Source: Stylophora pistillata (Eukaryota). From it: a stretch of 64,000 nucleotides of DNA. Within the stretch, counting starts at the first letter, position 1; each line of letters starts with the position of its first letter. Position numbers and translations under genes: made by a program. Positions 12,887 to 24,800 of this stretch are shown piece by piece. The notes beneath the pieces were generated by a model. The model was not told the DNA's origin. It was given only the letters and a program-made list of their open reading frames with translations, and made no database searches. The stretch lies in the NCBI RefSeq assembly GCF_002571385.2, contig NW_019217788.1, forward strand, positions 1,430,087-1,494,086. The letters run 5' to 3'.

Positions 12887-13533
12887 AAAGAAATTTCTGT
12901 TTTGAGAATAGGACTGAGTGGAGAAAATTCGGGATGTAAGTTCACGAGTGATTTCAAATTGGCCGAGCTCGAGCGCTCCGCTGGTTTGAAATTACGAGCT
13001 CTATTATACGTGAAATGTACAAAAGAAATACGCCAATTAAACTTTTGACGGTGAAATCAAAAAATTCTAGCTGGATTTGTTGTTTTACAACCTTAGGCAA
13101 TTGTACTGTTTTCCTTGCTAACTGTCTAAATCAGTAGTGTGATATGTCAGTAAGTGTTAGATTGTTTGGTAAATTGCCAAGATAGCCATACTTCCTGATC
13201 AGAATGTTTTAGTCATTTCCGTTTTCAAGCTGAAGCAGACAAACCCACTCACTAAAGATGCATTCTATTATTTGATTGGTTAGCATTAATTGCCAGTTAA
13301 ATCTGATTGGCCGAACACACTCCGCTGCGTCGTAAGAAATTCATCCCACATAAGCCAGCGGCACTTTGGCGTTAAAACTTCAGACTATATAACAACGCCA
13401 TCCCTAAGAACTCGTAAAACAGTCCAACATTTCGACTAGAAACGCCTAAACATGGTGTGCTGGTATACGTCAATCGAGTTGAGTATAACTCTTAACACAT
13501 ATAGCTGCGACCTAATTGAAACAATAAATAGTT

Positions 13534-13637
13534 CTAATCGATAAAACCACTAAATAGTCCATTTTTCTTTTTTTCTGTCTTCGTTGCCCCTTCAGAAACT
13601 GTCGGCGCACCGGGACCCCCGATAACCTTAAAAGCAC
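13534..13637 (-). CDS. SYN: Synapsin last coding exon (AFKVIGGPGAPTVSEGATKTEKKKNGLFSGFID*)
   Basis: ttttctgttgcag| acceptor, phase 1. The C-terminus resembles the domain-E end LRKSFASLFSD. Confidence 0.72.
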
Positions 13638-14794
13638 CTGCAACAGAAAACAGTGTCATTAAAACAAACCTTTTCATTTCCCAAGCACAATAACAATTGC
13701 TTCTTACTGAATAAGCTGACTTCATACATCGAAAAATAAACTCGCAATTCTTTTATGTCCGCCTATCTTTCTCTCGGTCGAGCTCTTTCTTTTGGTATTT
13801 CATACAACAATCTGTCAGCGGCGGACAGTTCCAACGATAAAAATTTGAAATGGAGAGCAATATTTGACATCATGCAATTTTGCCAAAATCGTAAGAATTG
13901 AATGAGAACAAGGACAACGGTTCTGTTGTCCTAAGGACTTTCAGAGGAGAAAAAATAGCCCTTGAGTGGTACCTCGACGTTCTCAGTGCATCAAATGAAA
14001 AATCGTTTGTAGTTGTGATCTCAGTTATAGTGACATTAAACTAAATGAGAAGAGGTTAACATATATTACGACAAAATGAAAAGCTTAACAACTACGAGAA
14101 ATGCAACATTTCCACGATGCATTAACTCCTTCAACAAACTTAAAACTCTTGAAAGTTAAGGGAAGCAGTCAGAGGTGAACAAGAAGTGAAAGATAGCAAT
14201 GTTACCAAAAGTCGATAGTGACGAAAGGAAGGAAGGAGGATCAAAAGAAAACAAAAAGAGCTGATGGCTAGTGAATCATCCATTCAGTTCTGACAGAATC
14301 AAAACAACCGAAGATTAATGGAAAACTCTACTGCTTGAAGAAATTGCCTTTGATCGAACAAAGAGTTCTGTAAACTCGATTCTCTTTCTCTATAAATTAA
14401 GGAGAAAAGCATACAAAAAAAGCCGAAATGTGAGAATGGATGTCAATCATATTGCACATATTGCACAGAAATTAACTATCTCGTTCACATGGGTTGGCAA
14501 GGAGACAACAGAGTTTAGTTAACTGGCAAGCGTATGACGTCACTTCCAAAAGAACGGTGCTGTTAAAACTAACCAGTGATTGGTATATTTCTGATTCCAT
14601 TTTTCTGTCAACCAACTTTACGTTTAAAGAACTCTTTAGCTCAACAAATGGTTTAAAAGGCAATTTGTTCTCGCAGTGCAGCACTCTTAAGTTCAACAAT
14701 TAGTTTGAATGGCAATTTGTTCCCGCTGTGCAGTTGTATCGAAAGTGACAAAGAACAGATCTAGAGGAAGAAAAAGATTCTCACCGCTACTTAC

Positions 14795-14818
14795 AGGTAC
14801 CATCACTCGCCCGTTCAC
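14795..14818 (-). CDS. SYN: Putative synapsin 24-nt microexon 11 (G-ERASDGT)
   Basis: Polypyrimidine tract plus ctcag| acceptor and |gtaagt donor. Phase 1-1 and frame-preserving. No homology support. Confidence 0.55.
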
Positions 14819-15608
14819 CTGAGAGCCAGGAAGTAAAAGGAAGAAAGAAAAGAGGGAATGCAAAAGTAAAATGTTAACTCAAGAATTTACTTCACTACAA
14901 ATGGAGTATAGAAAAGACGAGAATTACACTTCAAGTAAATATCACTGATTAATCACTTCACAAAAAGATTCCCGTTGCTCTAGAAGAAAAGCAACGACGG
15001 AGAAAGAAGCGTGAATCAACATGTAGAAGATCATCCGAGTCTCAGACACATCTTGAGATTCGACACTTGAAGAAAACCGCTGGTACAATGGGAGGTGAAC
15101 TAACATGTAGCTCTTTGAAGCAATCGCAGTATAGACTGAGCAACACTGAAGTTTTCAACTGCTATCGACAAACCGAAAATCACAACTTTATTTTCTTTCT
15201 TTCATCAATTTGCTTTTCTACCGTGAATTCCTTCCAATTTATAGATGCATTACGCTTTAAGTGATGGTCAGAGTATTCGCACTTGAAACAGTTTTTTTTA
15301 CGACTTGCGCGCTCAAAGAGTTTTCTCACGTTTCCGTACGGCTTTCACGATTTTCCGCCTCTTTTCAGAGACTGCAAGTCTGCTACATGTCGTGATTTGC
15401 AGTGGTTACCTGTTTTCCTGCATGGACCACAGACTGTAAATGCTTTCCCACGCTTAGCACGGTTTAAGTGTTTTCCAGTTTTTAACATATGCTACACACG
15501 GTTCCCACTCCTTAGATTTAGATTAGTTTTTTGGGGGGTTTGGAGGTGTGATCAACTGACTGCACTTTTAAGTCAGGTTGTTAAGTTATTGAGAAGATGT
15601 AAAAGCAC

Positions 15609-15750
15609 CTGTGAGGGCGGCGCCCGTGGCGGTACTGGGTTCTAGAGTCGGTGGATACTCCTTCTCCATTCGCGCGACCACCAGGTCAGCGATCCTTCTC
15701 TGGTCTTCATCTTGTGTGTCACTGAAGAGTCGCATGGCGGTGTCATTCAC
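15609..15750 (-). CDS. SYN: Synapsin exon 10 (VNDTAMRLFSDTQDEDQRRIADLVVARMEKEYPP...)
   Basis: tgtaag| acceptor. Matches the end of the C domain (QDEDKQLIVELVVNKM). The donor G|gtgctt at 15608 is inferred; read-through would stop at 15586. Confidence 0.85.
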
Positions 15751-16257
15751 CTTACAGAAAATTTCAGTAGAGTGAGAATCAAGTGGAGAATCAAGTGAGT
15801 GTTCACTTCGTCGCGTACATGTTAGCTTATCCTGGCTTTTGCAACAAGAAGCATGTTTATGAAAACTATCACTCACTTGCTTAGTGGTTATTAGTTTTTA
15901 AATAACTTCTGTGCTGCGTCGGCGGGAAAGTGAAGCACTTAGTTAGATATCAACGCTACACTGGGTCCGTTTCTTCCTGCATCATTCCTTACCACTGCTG
16001 ATCCTAGCCGGCAGTATGCCGGATACGTTTCCTATATCTATCTAGTAATGACCTAGCTTGCTATAGAGTCTCTGTAGCTCTGTGGCAGAGCATCAAAGCG
16101 CAGAACGAGAGGTTCATGGGGACTCATTTTTTTTATCGCACATTTGTGACAAAAGAAACCATCCACAAGACCTTCTAACTCCATTCTTCGCTACAGAAAC
16201 AAACTTAAAAACCCCAATCCATAGCAAAACGCCAGCTTTTTAAAATTCGCAAGTTAC

Positions 16258-16363
16258 CTCGATGATGTATTCCTTGTTGTCTTTCCCTCCAATAGCCTCC
16301 ACACACATAATGTCAAGGCCACCTCCAAACAGCTTGCTGCATTCGTCAACCCACTTCTTGTAC
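16258..16363 (-). CDS. SYN: Synapsin exon 9 ([35 protein letters not shown])
   Basis: ttcag|...|gtaact, 106 nt. Matches [34 protein letters not shown]. Confidence 0.95.
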
Positions 16364-17078
16364 CTGAAGGGAAAAGATGAAAGTTAAGAAAAATTGTGTG
16401 GAAAATCAAGTGAAAAACATAGTACATGTTATTGTATTAAGAAACGTCTGGAAGAGGAAAATCTTTCCGAATAGCACCGAGGCGCAAAACTAATTGACTC
16501 CAGTATATGCAATAATTCATAATATTAAAATAACCCTACGCCCCTACCCGAGATCGACACTTTCCTTTAGAGTCAAAAGCGTGAAATTTTTAATAGAGAA
16601 CCTTATCATAGCCGGTGACAGCCGAACACGTCCGAGGATGTTACGAAAACTGCCAGGGTCATCCCGAAGAGTTTTGACGCAACCTCTTCTCCAGTGTTCT
16701 ACTGCCAACTAAAATCGTGGTTTTCGAGAGAAAACACGATCATTCGAAAATACCTCTCTCGTCTAAAACTGTTTGACTTTTTATATGCTATCATTCCTGG
16801 ATTCATCAGTCCAGGCTGTGATCGTACTAGCTTTCTCACTGCCAGAGTGCAGAAATGGTCGGTGGGCGTTAGCTCGATTTTTTTAGCGCAAAAATCACGC
16901 CCAAGATGTGGAAGTTGATAGGTGTAGAATAGCAGCGTTAACGAAGAAAACAACACAGTGATCACAGCGTAAGCACTGATCATAAAGAGTCTTTATCTGG
17001 AATCTATTGATCCCTCTAAAATGGAGGCAATTAAACCTATCAGTACAGGAATGGCAGATAGACTCTCATAAATATTAC

Positions 17079-17153
17079 CTGTCTGTGATAGCTATTTCCT
17101 CAAGGACAGCGGACCCTGTGTTGGTCTTCCAATTGTCCGAAATGGATGTTCGT
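17079..17153 (-). CDS. SYN: Synapsin exon 8 (RTSISDNWKTNTGSAVLEEIAITDR)
   Basis: aag|...|gtaata, 75 nt. Contains the NWKTNTGSA multifunctional loop. Confidence 0.95.
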
Positions 17154-17204
17154 CTTTAGTCAGAATAGAAATAAACACTTGTCAACTGCTGATCTTTGAT
17201 GATA

Positions 17205-17302
17205 CATTCACATCACATCACATCACATCACATCACATCACATCACATAACATAACATAACATTACATTACATCACGTCACGTCATGTCACATCACATCA
17301 CA
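17205..17302. repeat. Pentanucleotide microsatellite (CACAT)n/(AACAT)n
   Basis: Read directly from the sequence. Confidence 0.9.
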
Positions 17303-17615
17303 TTCTGTAACGTGATTTACTATTTGTGCACGCAAGCTCAGTTTCAGTTACCGTTTAACGTAACGCAACGCAAAGCATTACCTCTGTTCATTAATTTCGT
17401 TCCCAGGGCCCTCAACCTCACTAGTGTCAAAGACTTGGTAACGCTGATAGTGGAAGTGGCGCTCATTTTTGGCGGGTAAATTTTCAGCTCGTCCGAATAC
17501 CGTTGAATTTGCAAAATGCTTCGCACTATTCTTCTCCCCAGTACAAAACAAATATTATTGTCAGACGTTAAGTGTTTGAACTAAAGCAGCTAAACAGCAA
17601 ATCAAAAAGACTTAC

Positions 17616-17758
17616 TTGAAAGCTCGGTAGTGGGTGCCAATTTTCTGAATTCTAACATCGCATTTGCCTGCAATAAAAGGTTCAGTTGTGGCATATGTAT
17701 CCGTCAGAGCAACAATGCTCGCGATATCCTGGAAACTGCGGTGGTTGTGGACACAAAC
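17616..17758 (-). CDS. SYN: Synapsin exon 7 ([48 protein letters not shown])
   Basis: gtttag|...|gtaagt, 143 nt. Matches [28 protein letters not shown]. Confidence 0.95.
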
Positions 17759-17991
17759 CTAAACAAGAACAAAATGGACTCAGCTGCTGTTATAATGAGG
17801 TGAGTGGAAAAATCCGGCACATGGGGCAGGGGGTGGGAGAAAAGGCAGACTTTTGACAGGGGTCTCGTGAGGCAGAGAAGGTCAGCATGAGAAACTATCA
17901 AATGGTTTTCTCTTTTAAACGCAATTATATTAAGCACATAAAGGAGGGGTACGCTAATATTGATCATTTTCAAATATCCTAATATTCTTAA

Positions 17992-18808
17992 TCTTAATTC
18001 TTAATTACCTAATCATTCTAAGCNCGATCCAGAGACAAGCACTATCTTTTCGCAGCCTCCGCTCATTTCATTCAAACGCGACAAAAACATAGGCAATTTT
18101 TTGGTCAGAAGTTCTTTTCAGACTAATGACCAACCAGGCACTTTTAAATGCGCTCGTGCACGATGCAAAACGTGTCCTTTCATTCACAACACTGATAAAA
18201 TATCGGGACCTAAACGATCCATTAAGATCACCGATCACTTCACGTGCACCTCCGCCAATGTAATCTATTGCATAACTTGCACTTATTGCAAAAAGATATA
18301 CATCGGCGAAACAGGCAGAAGACTAGGTGACCGATTCCGAGAACACCTTCGAGACGTGGAAAGGAATGACAAGGACACATCGAAACCAGTCGCTAGACAT
18401 TTTAATTTACCTAATCATTCTAAGCAACATATGGCAATCTGCGGTCTTTCCTTACACTTAGGTAGCACGGAAAGCCGTAAAACTCTTGAACAAAAGCTCA
18501 TCTTTCAAACCGGCAGTCTAAATCCCACAGGGATCAACGAACGCTTTTCATTCCACTAATTTATTCGTGTTTTTCTCGTTGCCATGTTCCCACCAATAAC
18601 GTAGCTCCATTTTCTGCCTTTAAAAGCACACACAACCCACAGTTCCTCTATTCGCTCCGACGAAGGGCTAACGCTCGAAACGTCAGCTTTTGTAATCGTT
18701 ACGGTGGCCAATTTACCATTTCAACTTTGTTGATATATCCAAATTATTTCGTTACCCCTACCGACGCAGCCCCAAACAGTTTCTTTAGAAACTATCAGCC
18801 TTTATTCA
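17992..18808 (+). mobile_element. 5'-truncated Penelope-like retroelement (GIY-YIG endonuclease C-terminus plus terminal repeat) in synapsin intron 6
   Basis: ORF 18101-18559 has IYCITC..CKKIYIGETGRRLGDRFREH. Flanked by the 13-bp direct repeat ctaatattcttaa (17979-17991, 18809-18821). Confidence 0.9.
18654..18687 (+). ncRNA. Minimal type I hammerhead-ribozyme-like motif of the Penelope terminal repeat (core variant CCGACGA)
   Basis: gct-CCGACGA-a-gggc-taac-gctc-GAAA-cg-TC-agc; helices I and II pair and the core differs from CUGANGA by U>C. Confidence 0.6.
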
Positions 18809-19417
18809 CTAATATTCTTAACTTTTATTCTTTTATTGCAGGTTGATAGCTAGGTCATTTCCTATTATTGTAAATACTATAGTTAGAAATTTCTAAATTA
18901 TTGCAATTATTTGTAACTTTTTCTTATTGTAATTTAGATGAGGGCCATAGGTTTCTCAGTCTAAGAATGTAAAGTGCTTCCCTCGTTAAATAAAGTTATT
19001 TATTTATTTTATTTATCTATTTATTTATCAGCTGCAGCGTTTCACTTCTGATTTCGGTTACGGATGGAAAGAGGGGTGTTCACCTAAGGAATAACCATCT
19101 CTCATCTCAACCCCATCTTTTATTTCGCCAGTGACCATTCCATAAATTCCAAATATTAAAAAATTACAAAAAAAAAAAAAAAAATCAAACAAGAGAACAA
19201 AAATACATCGAGATATTTTTGGAGGTGTCATAATCTGCAAAGGATCTGTCACTCGTAGGAACTGCGTCCACAGCTTTAAGGATTTGTCTGGCAGACAGAC
19301 AGTCGCACAGACTGTCAGTACATGGTTAAATGAGTTCTGATTGCGAAATACGTGATGTCTAGTTTGTCTACTTTGGATGAATTATGATTACGCTTTTGAA
19401 AAAAAAACTCTTCTTAC

Positions 19418-19480
19418 CTTGCCATAACCGCCGTTCGCATGCCCAACCTTTACCACAACAGGAAATTTTGGAGTTATTAA
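19418..19480 (-). CDS. SYN: Synapsin exon 6 (LITPKFPVVVKVGHANGGYGK)
   Basis: ttgcag|...|gtaaga, 63 nt. Matches [21 protein letters not shown]. Follows the 36.8-kb intron 5. Confidence 0.94.
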
Positions 19481-20850
19481 CTGCAAGCAGAAAACAAAAC
19501 GTAAAAAACATGCTATATCAATCCGTTACATACCCTTCTTTCATTACTAATCAAAATCTCACAACTAAACTATCAACACATCAAACGAGAAGATAAAATC
19601 AGTGAAGAATTGAAACGCTGGTGAAATGTGAAATCGAAGTACATGTGGAGGCTCACCACTTTGTGAATTGGCTTTTATGGGATAGAGCGGTTAACACCCA
19701 GTTTCCCTCCCCCCCCTACCCCCTACCCCTACTTGGACGCTGAGTAACCCGCCACTGATACGGCGGTGCTAATTTAAGCACGCTAGCGCCAGCCTTTCTG
19801 TCTGCCAAAGGCTGCAGTCGCTATGCTAATGGTCATATTATCCTGAGCTCATCTCTTTGGCTTGTCTTCTCTTTAAATATTTATCGATCTGCGTTTTTCC
19901 CGTGTGATTTTTTTTTAATGTATTAAGCTCACTTCAGATATTTGTTTTCACAAGCGTCAACCGCTCACTAGACTTCGAAAAGCTCTACATCGGCTCTCAT
20001 CGCTTTCACTGCTTTGGACGCACGAGAGTATTCTGAAACAGTGCACCTTTGACTTTCCGCTAAGAGCTGTTAATATGATCTGGGTAGTTGAAGATTCAAC
20101 TGTTCTTCAAGACTCTATGAATTGAAAGCTAACTCGAATTCACAATGGCAGAAAAAAAAAGATATGAATAAATTGCACTCTAACTGCTGAGAACATTGTC
20201 GCTTCTAAGCGTTAACGGAAACGTGCTTGTACCGCACGTTTTTACAAGCCTGTCAACAATGTAAGCCTCTTTCATTGCAAACAACTTAAACAGCTTAATG
20301 GCTCGAAATGGGTGGTAGGACAGGGAAGGTTCGACAATAACGCTTCTAACACTGAAATTCCGTGCTGTGCTGAACACTGAAAAGCAAATTTCGGATTAAA
20401 CCGGGGTAACCTTAAAAATTTGGTGAAACTCTGCCAGTTTCTAAACGTGTGTCCTGATGTTCCGTCAGGAAACACGTTTAGAAACTTGCAGAGTTTTCTT
20501 CCTCTGGGAAGGCTTTCTTTTGTCTGATAACATTGAAAATAACTTATATTTTTATTCTGTGTTTAGCACTGAAACGATCGTTACTCTATATCGGTGTTTC
20601 CTATTTGAATATTTAATGTCTTTAATCGTTTGCCTATAAAATGCATGCTGAAAAAAATGAAGAAAAACAAAATGTGTTTTAACGTCTAAGTTTATACATC
20701 AGGTTCACGAGGAGTTTTGAAGCATTCATATTAGTAAAATTCCGTTGATGCGTTTGAAAGATTTTGTCTTGGTTTTTGAATATTATTTTTCTACTTGCGA
20801 CGTATGTAGAGGCCATTTTGAATTTGATTAAACCAAGCATCGTGCACGCG

Positions 20851-21810
20851 TTGAGTTCAACCACAGGTCTCCCAAGCTCACGTCTCGAGGAAAAGCGAAG
20901 GATTATTTCATGAAAGCGTCACGCGATATGTGACGCGGTGGTAAGTTACGCGAGAAATCGCATAGGGGGCCCAGACAAGCGACGAGTCGGGTTGTTTATT
21001 CGAAATATAAAGTAATGCATGGGAGAATATTGAAGAGTCTTATTATCGTAAACTTATACGTTCTACTACACGTTACTATACGTTCTAACGTATAGTAACA
21101 GTCGACGCAAAACCCACCAAATCGCTCAAATTCGCCATTTAGAGCCACGGAAACGACAATACACAGCAAGTGAGGTAGGTTTACATTTATTTTGAGCTTT
21201 AACTCAGACATTTCATGATATCAGTTTACGATAATAAGACTCTTCAATATTCTTCCATACATTCCTTTATATTTCGAACAAACAACCAGACTCGTCGCTC
21301 GTCTGGGACCCCTATGGTAACCGTTGAGAATTTGAATGCGTTCTAAGGAATAGTATGGGCAACAAAATATGGTCCATTTAATACACTAAATTTTTCGAAA
21401 TACGAACATTTTACACGTTAGATTAATAAAACGTACTCATTCCTTATGTGTCTGTTGGGTTTTTTAGCGATTTCCGTCGTTTTGGGCTTGGTTTACCATC
21501 ACTGACTTCGTTTGATAACAGAAAAAACAAGCCCCAAACAGCAGAAAACACCAAAAAACACAACAGACACACAAGGAATGAGTAAGTTTTATTAATCTAA
21601 CGTGTAAAATGTTCATATTTCGGAATATTTAGTGTTTTAAATGGACCATACTTTGTTGCCCATACTATTCCTTAGAACGCATTCAAATTCTCAACGGTTA
21701 CTCGCGTAACTTAACACCGCGGCGGACAACGCTTGACGCTTTTCAGAATGAAATAATCCTTCGCTTTTCCTCGAGACGTGAGGTTGGGACACGTGTGGTT
21801 CAACCTACAA
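20851..21810. mobile_element. Long foldback element with a second MITE (20961-21316) inserted in its left arm
   Basis: Arms 20851-20954 plus 21317-~21495 pair with ~21525-21810. The inner element has about 90-bp TIRs catagggggcccagac...gtctgggacccctatg. Confidence 0.85.
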
Positions 21811-24800
21811 TTATCGAACATAACGAGCAAATGTTTCCCCCTACCCCCCTCTCCCAAGCTCCTCCATTTAGGAACAGGGAGGGGAGTGGGGAGTGGGTGT
21901 TGGTTTAAGCAATCGTAAGATGCCAATATCAAGGATCATTCGGTTTGACTTTACAAAATTCAAAAGTACAGAGTACGGAGCTAAAATTGATTTGCACTTA
22001 ATCGTGTTTTAAAATCCTAGCCGCGGTAACGTGATAAACTTTCCAAATTCAACAAAGGTAGTCATAAGGAACACAATTTAAACAAACAAGCTGAACTCAA
22101 AGCACTTTTTTAAATCTTATGTTCGAGGCCAACACGACGATTTAAGTGACCTGTGATCGCACGAGTCAGTTTAAAGTAAGCAGATCGAGGAATTCAGCAT
22201 CTGATCATTATTTCTCTCTCGAGTTAGTAAATTATAACATAAAAACATGCCGACGAAAGGGTGTGAAAAAAGTTGAATACGGAAATCATAGTCGCCTGGA
22301 AACAGCTGGCCGGGACTGGTTAATTAGAAACTATTTAGAAACCAAATGTGCTATTTAGAAACCAAATGTTACCGTGTTTGTCAAGTTTCAAATATTTTCA
22401 TCAATACACAAACCCCTACTTCGTGATCAGTTCGCAATCACGCTGAGAGTCGCTAGAGCTAGTTTTAAATTCTGTAGGACGCTGCCATTAGCGAACTTGT
22501 GCCTGTAACCAAAAACAGTGCCAGAAGCTTGTTGGAAATGCTGTAAAATTAAGAGGGATTGTGACCGATCAAGAGAGTTAACTACATGTCTCCACGGATA
22601 TATTGTGCGGATGTTTTTTATGGAAAATCATTCTGTTACCGTAAAAGTAATCTTTAAGAGACAAGTTCATTGAAAATAGTAATTAAATTTGTTTTAATCG
22701 AATTAAAATGTGTTTAATTGTAAATTTAAAGAAAAGACGCGTTCCGCAGGAAACGCCCAGGTTTAACTCATGCTATTGGCGAACTCAAGATTTTCTATGT
22801 TTGCGCACGTGACAAATAAATAGATTTCTCTAATATTCTGATATAAATAAAAGATGACTACAATGTTTGAATTGCCAGACTGCACACAAATATCACTGTC
22901 GGTAGGGATTTTCAGTGGGATGAACATTCCGTTGTATCGTTGCTTACCGTGATTTAGTCCTGAATGTGGTTTAAATGCGGTTTGAACGCGGTTTGGTCGA
23001 GGTTTACGCAAGAGGGCGTCTTCTACTCAGGTCTGAGTATCATATCTGCCCAAATTTTACCGATGGAAACCTTTAAAGTGAAACCTAAAAGATTGGTTTC
23101 TCGTGGCGTCAATTTCACAAAAGATACAGGAAGTTTTATTTAATTCATAGTGTCAATTAAAAAAGAAACAGAGAGAACTTTGTTTCAACAGAAATGTTAT
23201 CATGAACACATAGCAGGTCTAAAACAAACCAGTAAATCACCAACGCAGATAATCCCGATGAATTCTTGTCATTTTGAGGAACGTCAAAGTTGTCTTGTTG
23301 GAGTTCAACTGTTTGTTTTCAAATGTGTCGCACAGTGGAGGTGGTTAAAAATAGGTGCGATTGCTGGCAAGTTGGGCTAACCAGACAATAGAATTCTTAG
23401 CTGTGTACCTGACCTTGAATTGTTTGGTAAGACTTAAGTTTAGATTTGGCTTATCTGGCCCAATACTATACGATTAAGAAATCACATTTATAGGTATTTA
23501 AAAGCAGGAAGTTTTAGATAACAAACCTTTCTGGGGTTTTAAAAGGTGTCATCATAAGTTAATGAAATGATGTAAGTTTCTTGATTTGTAAAAACGACCA
23601 CGTTTGGTAACCTAGACCCCCAGAAATTACGACCTCAACTCTCTCATAATTCTGTATAGAACCTTCTGGAAGATACAGCGCATGAAGCTTTTCAGTTTCA
23701 AAATGGCGGACAAAACATTCCAAAAAAAACATGACTATATGCATGGTTTGCCAGAAGTATTCAACGACAACGATCTTTGCCAACCGGAAAACGCAGACTG
23801 TTTTCTTCATATTATGAAACAACACAACACTAACCCGGCTGGGCATGAATTTCAGTTGATAAAGAGAAGAATTTTACTTATCTCTAAACCTTAAGCTTCT
23901 TGAAAAAATAAGCTCTACGCTTCTAGAACAATTTTAATGTCTTCATGCGAGCACACAATGACATACCACATTATAACAACGACTTGGCATGATTTTGAAA
24001 CGATAAAGAGAGGTAATTTACTTATCTCTAACCCTTAAGCTTCTCGAAAAAAATAAGCTTTAAACTTCTAGAACAATTCTAGTGACTTTATTCTAGCGTG
24101 TATTTGCTGGAGCGCAATTGGACTCACATCAGCAATGAAGCAGCAATTTTCGTAAGTTATTAATTTTCCTTTAGAGGTTTGCTTTTAGATAATGGGCACG
24201 ATTTTGACATGATACCTTTCACTCATGCATTGCACGTTTCTGAAAGAATGGATATCATATTAAAGGAAATACGGATATAGGTAATTGGCTCATCTACACT
24301 CGAGATTGTTTTATTTAATTTGAAACTGAAGCATTAAGACTTGAAGTAAGAATGTAAGAGTGTCATAGGGGCCAATGGTTTACCGCAAACAAGTTTCAAT
24401 AGAGATTACTTTAGATAAGATAACAAAACTAATTAAAGGTGGTATAGGATAAAAGTACCAAAAAATTCAGGGTTCAGAGCGAAAGACGTGCTTTATCAAA
24501 GAGCGAGTAATATAAATTTTATCTTTGTTAGAAGCCGTTGTAAACAGCGGATACACCTTTCTTTCAAACATATTATTTCATCTTATCACCTGGTCAGTCT
24601 TAAAATGACTTATTAGTATTATAAAGAAATCAGTTATATGGCGTGGCGTTTTGATACTCCTTAACCCTGGAGCTAAAAATTGCAATTGTTTTGAGTTCTT
24701 AAGAAGCTATCTTTTGGCTGTAAAAAAACGAAAGCATTACCAGTGATACATTCAGAATGAAACAAAGCGAATTAACCTTTACAAATCTATTTGGAGACGA

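Noticed and set aside
16071-16130. tRNA-like start (tctgtagctctgtggcagagca)
   Set aside because: No complete cloverleaf; likely a degenerate tRNA-derived SINE head.
24096-24151. ACICWSAIG... followed by gtaagt
   Set aside because: No start codon or signal peptide, no HPQ or Cys13, and the wrong phase for a TIMP exon 1.
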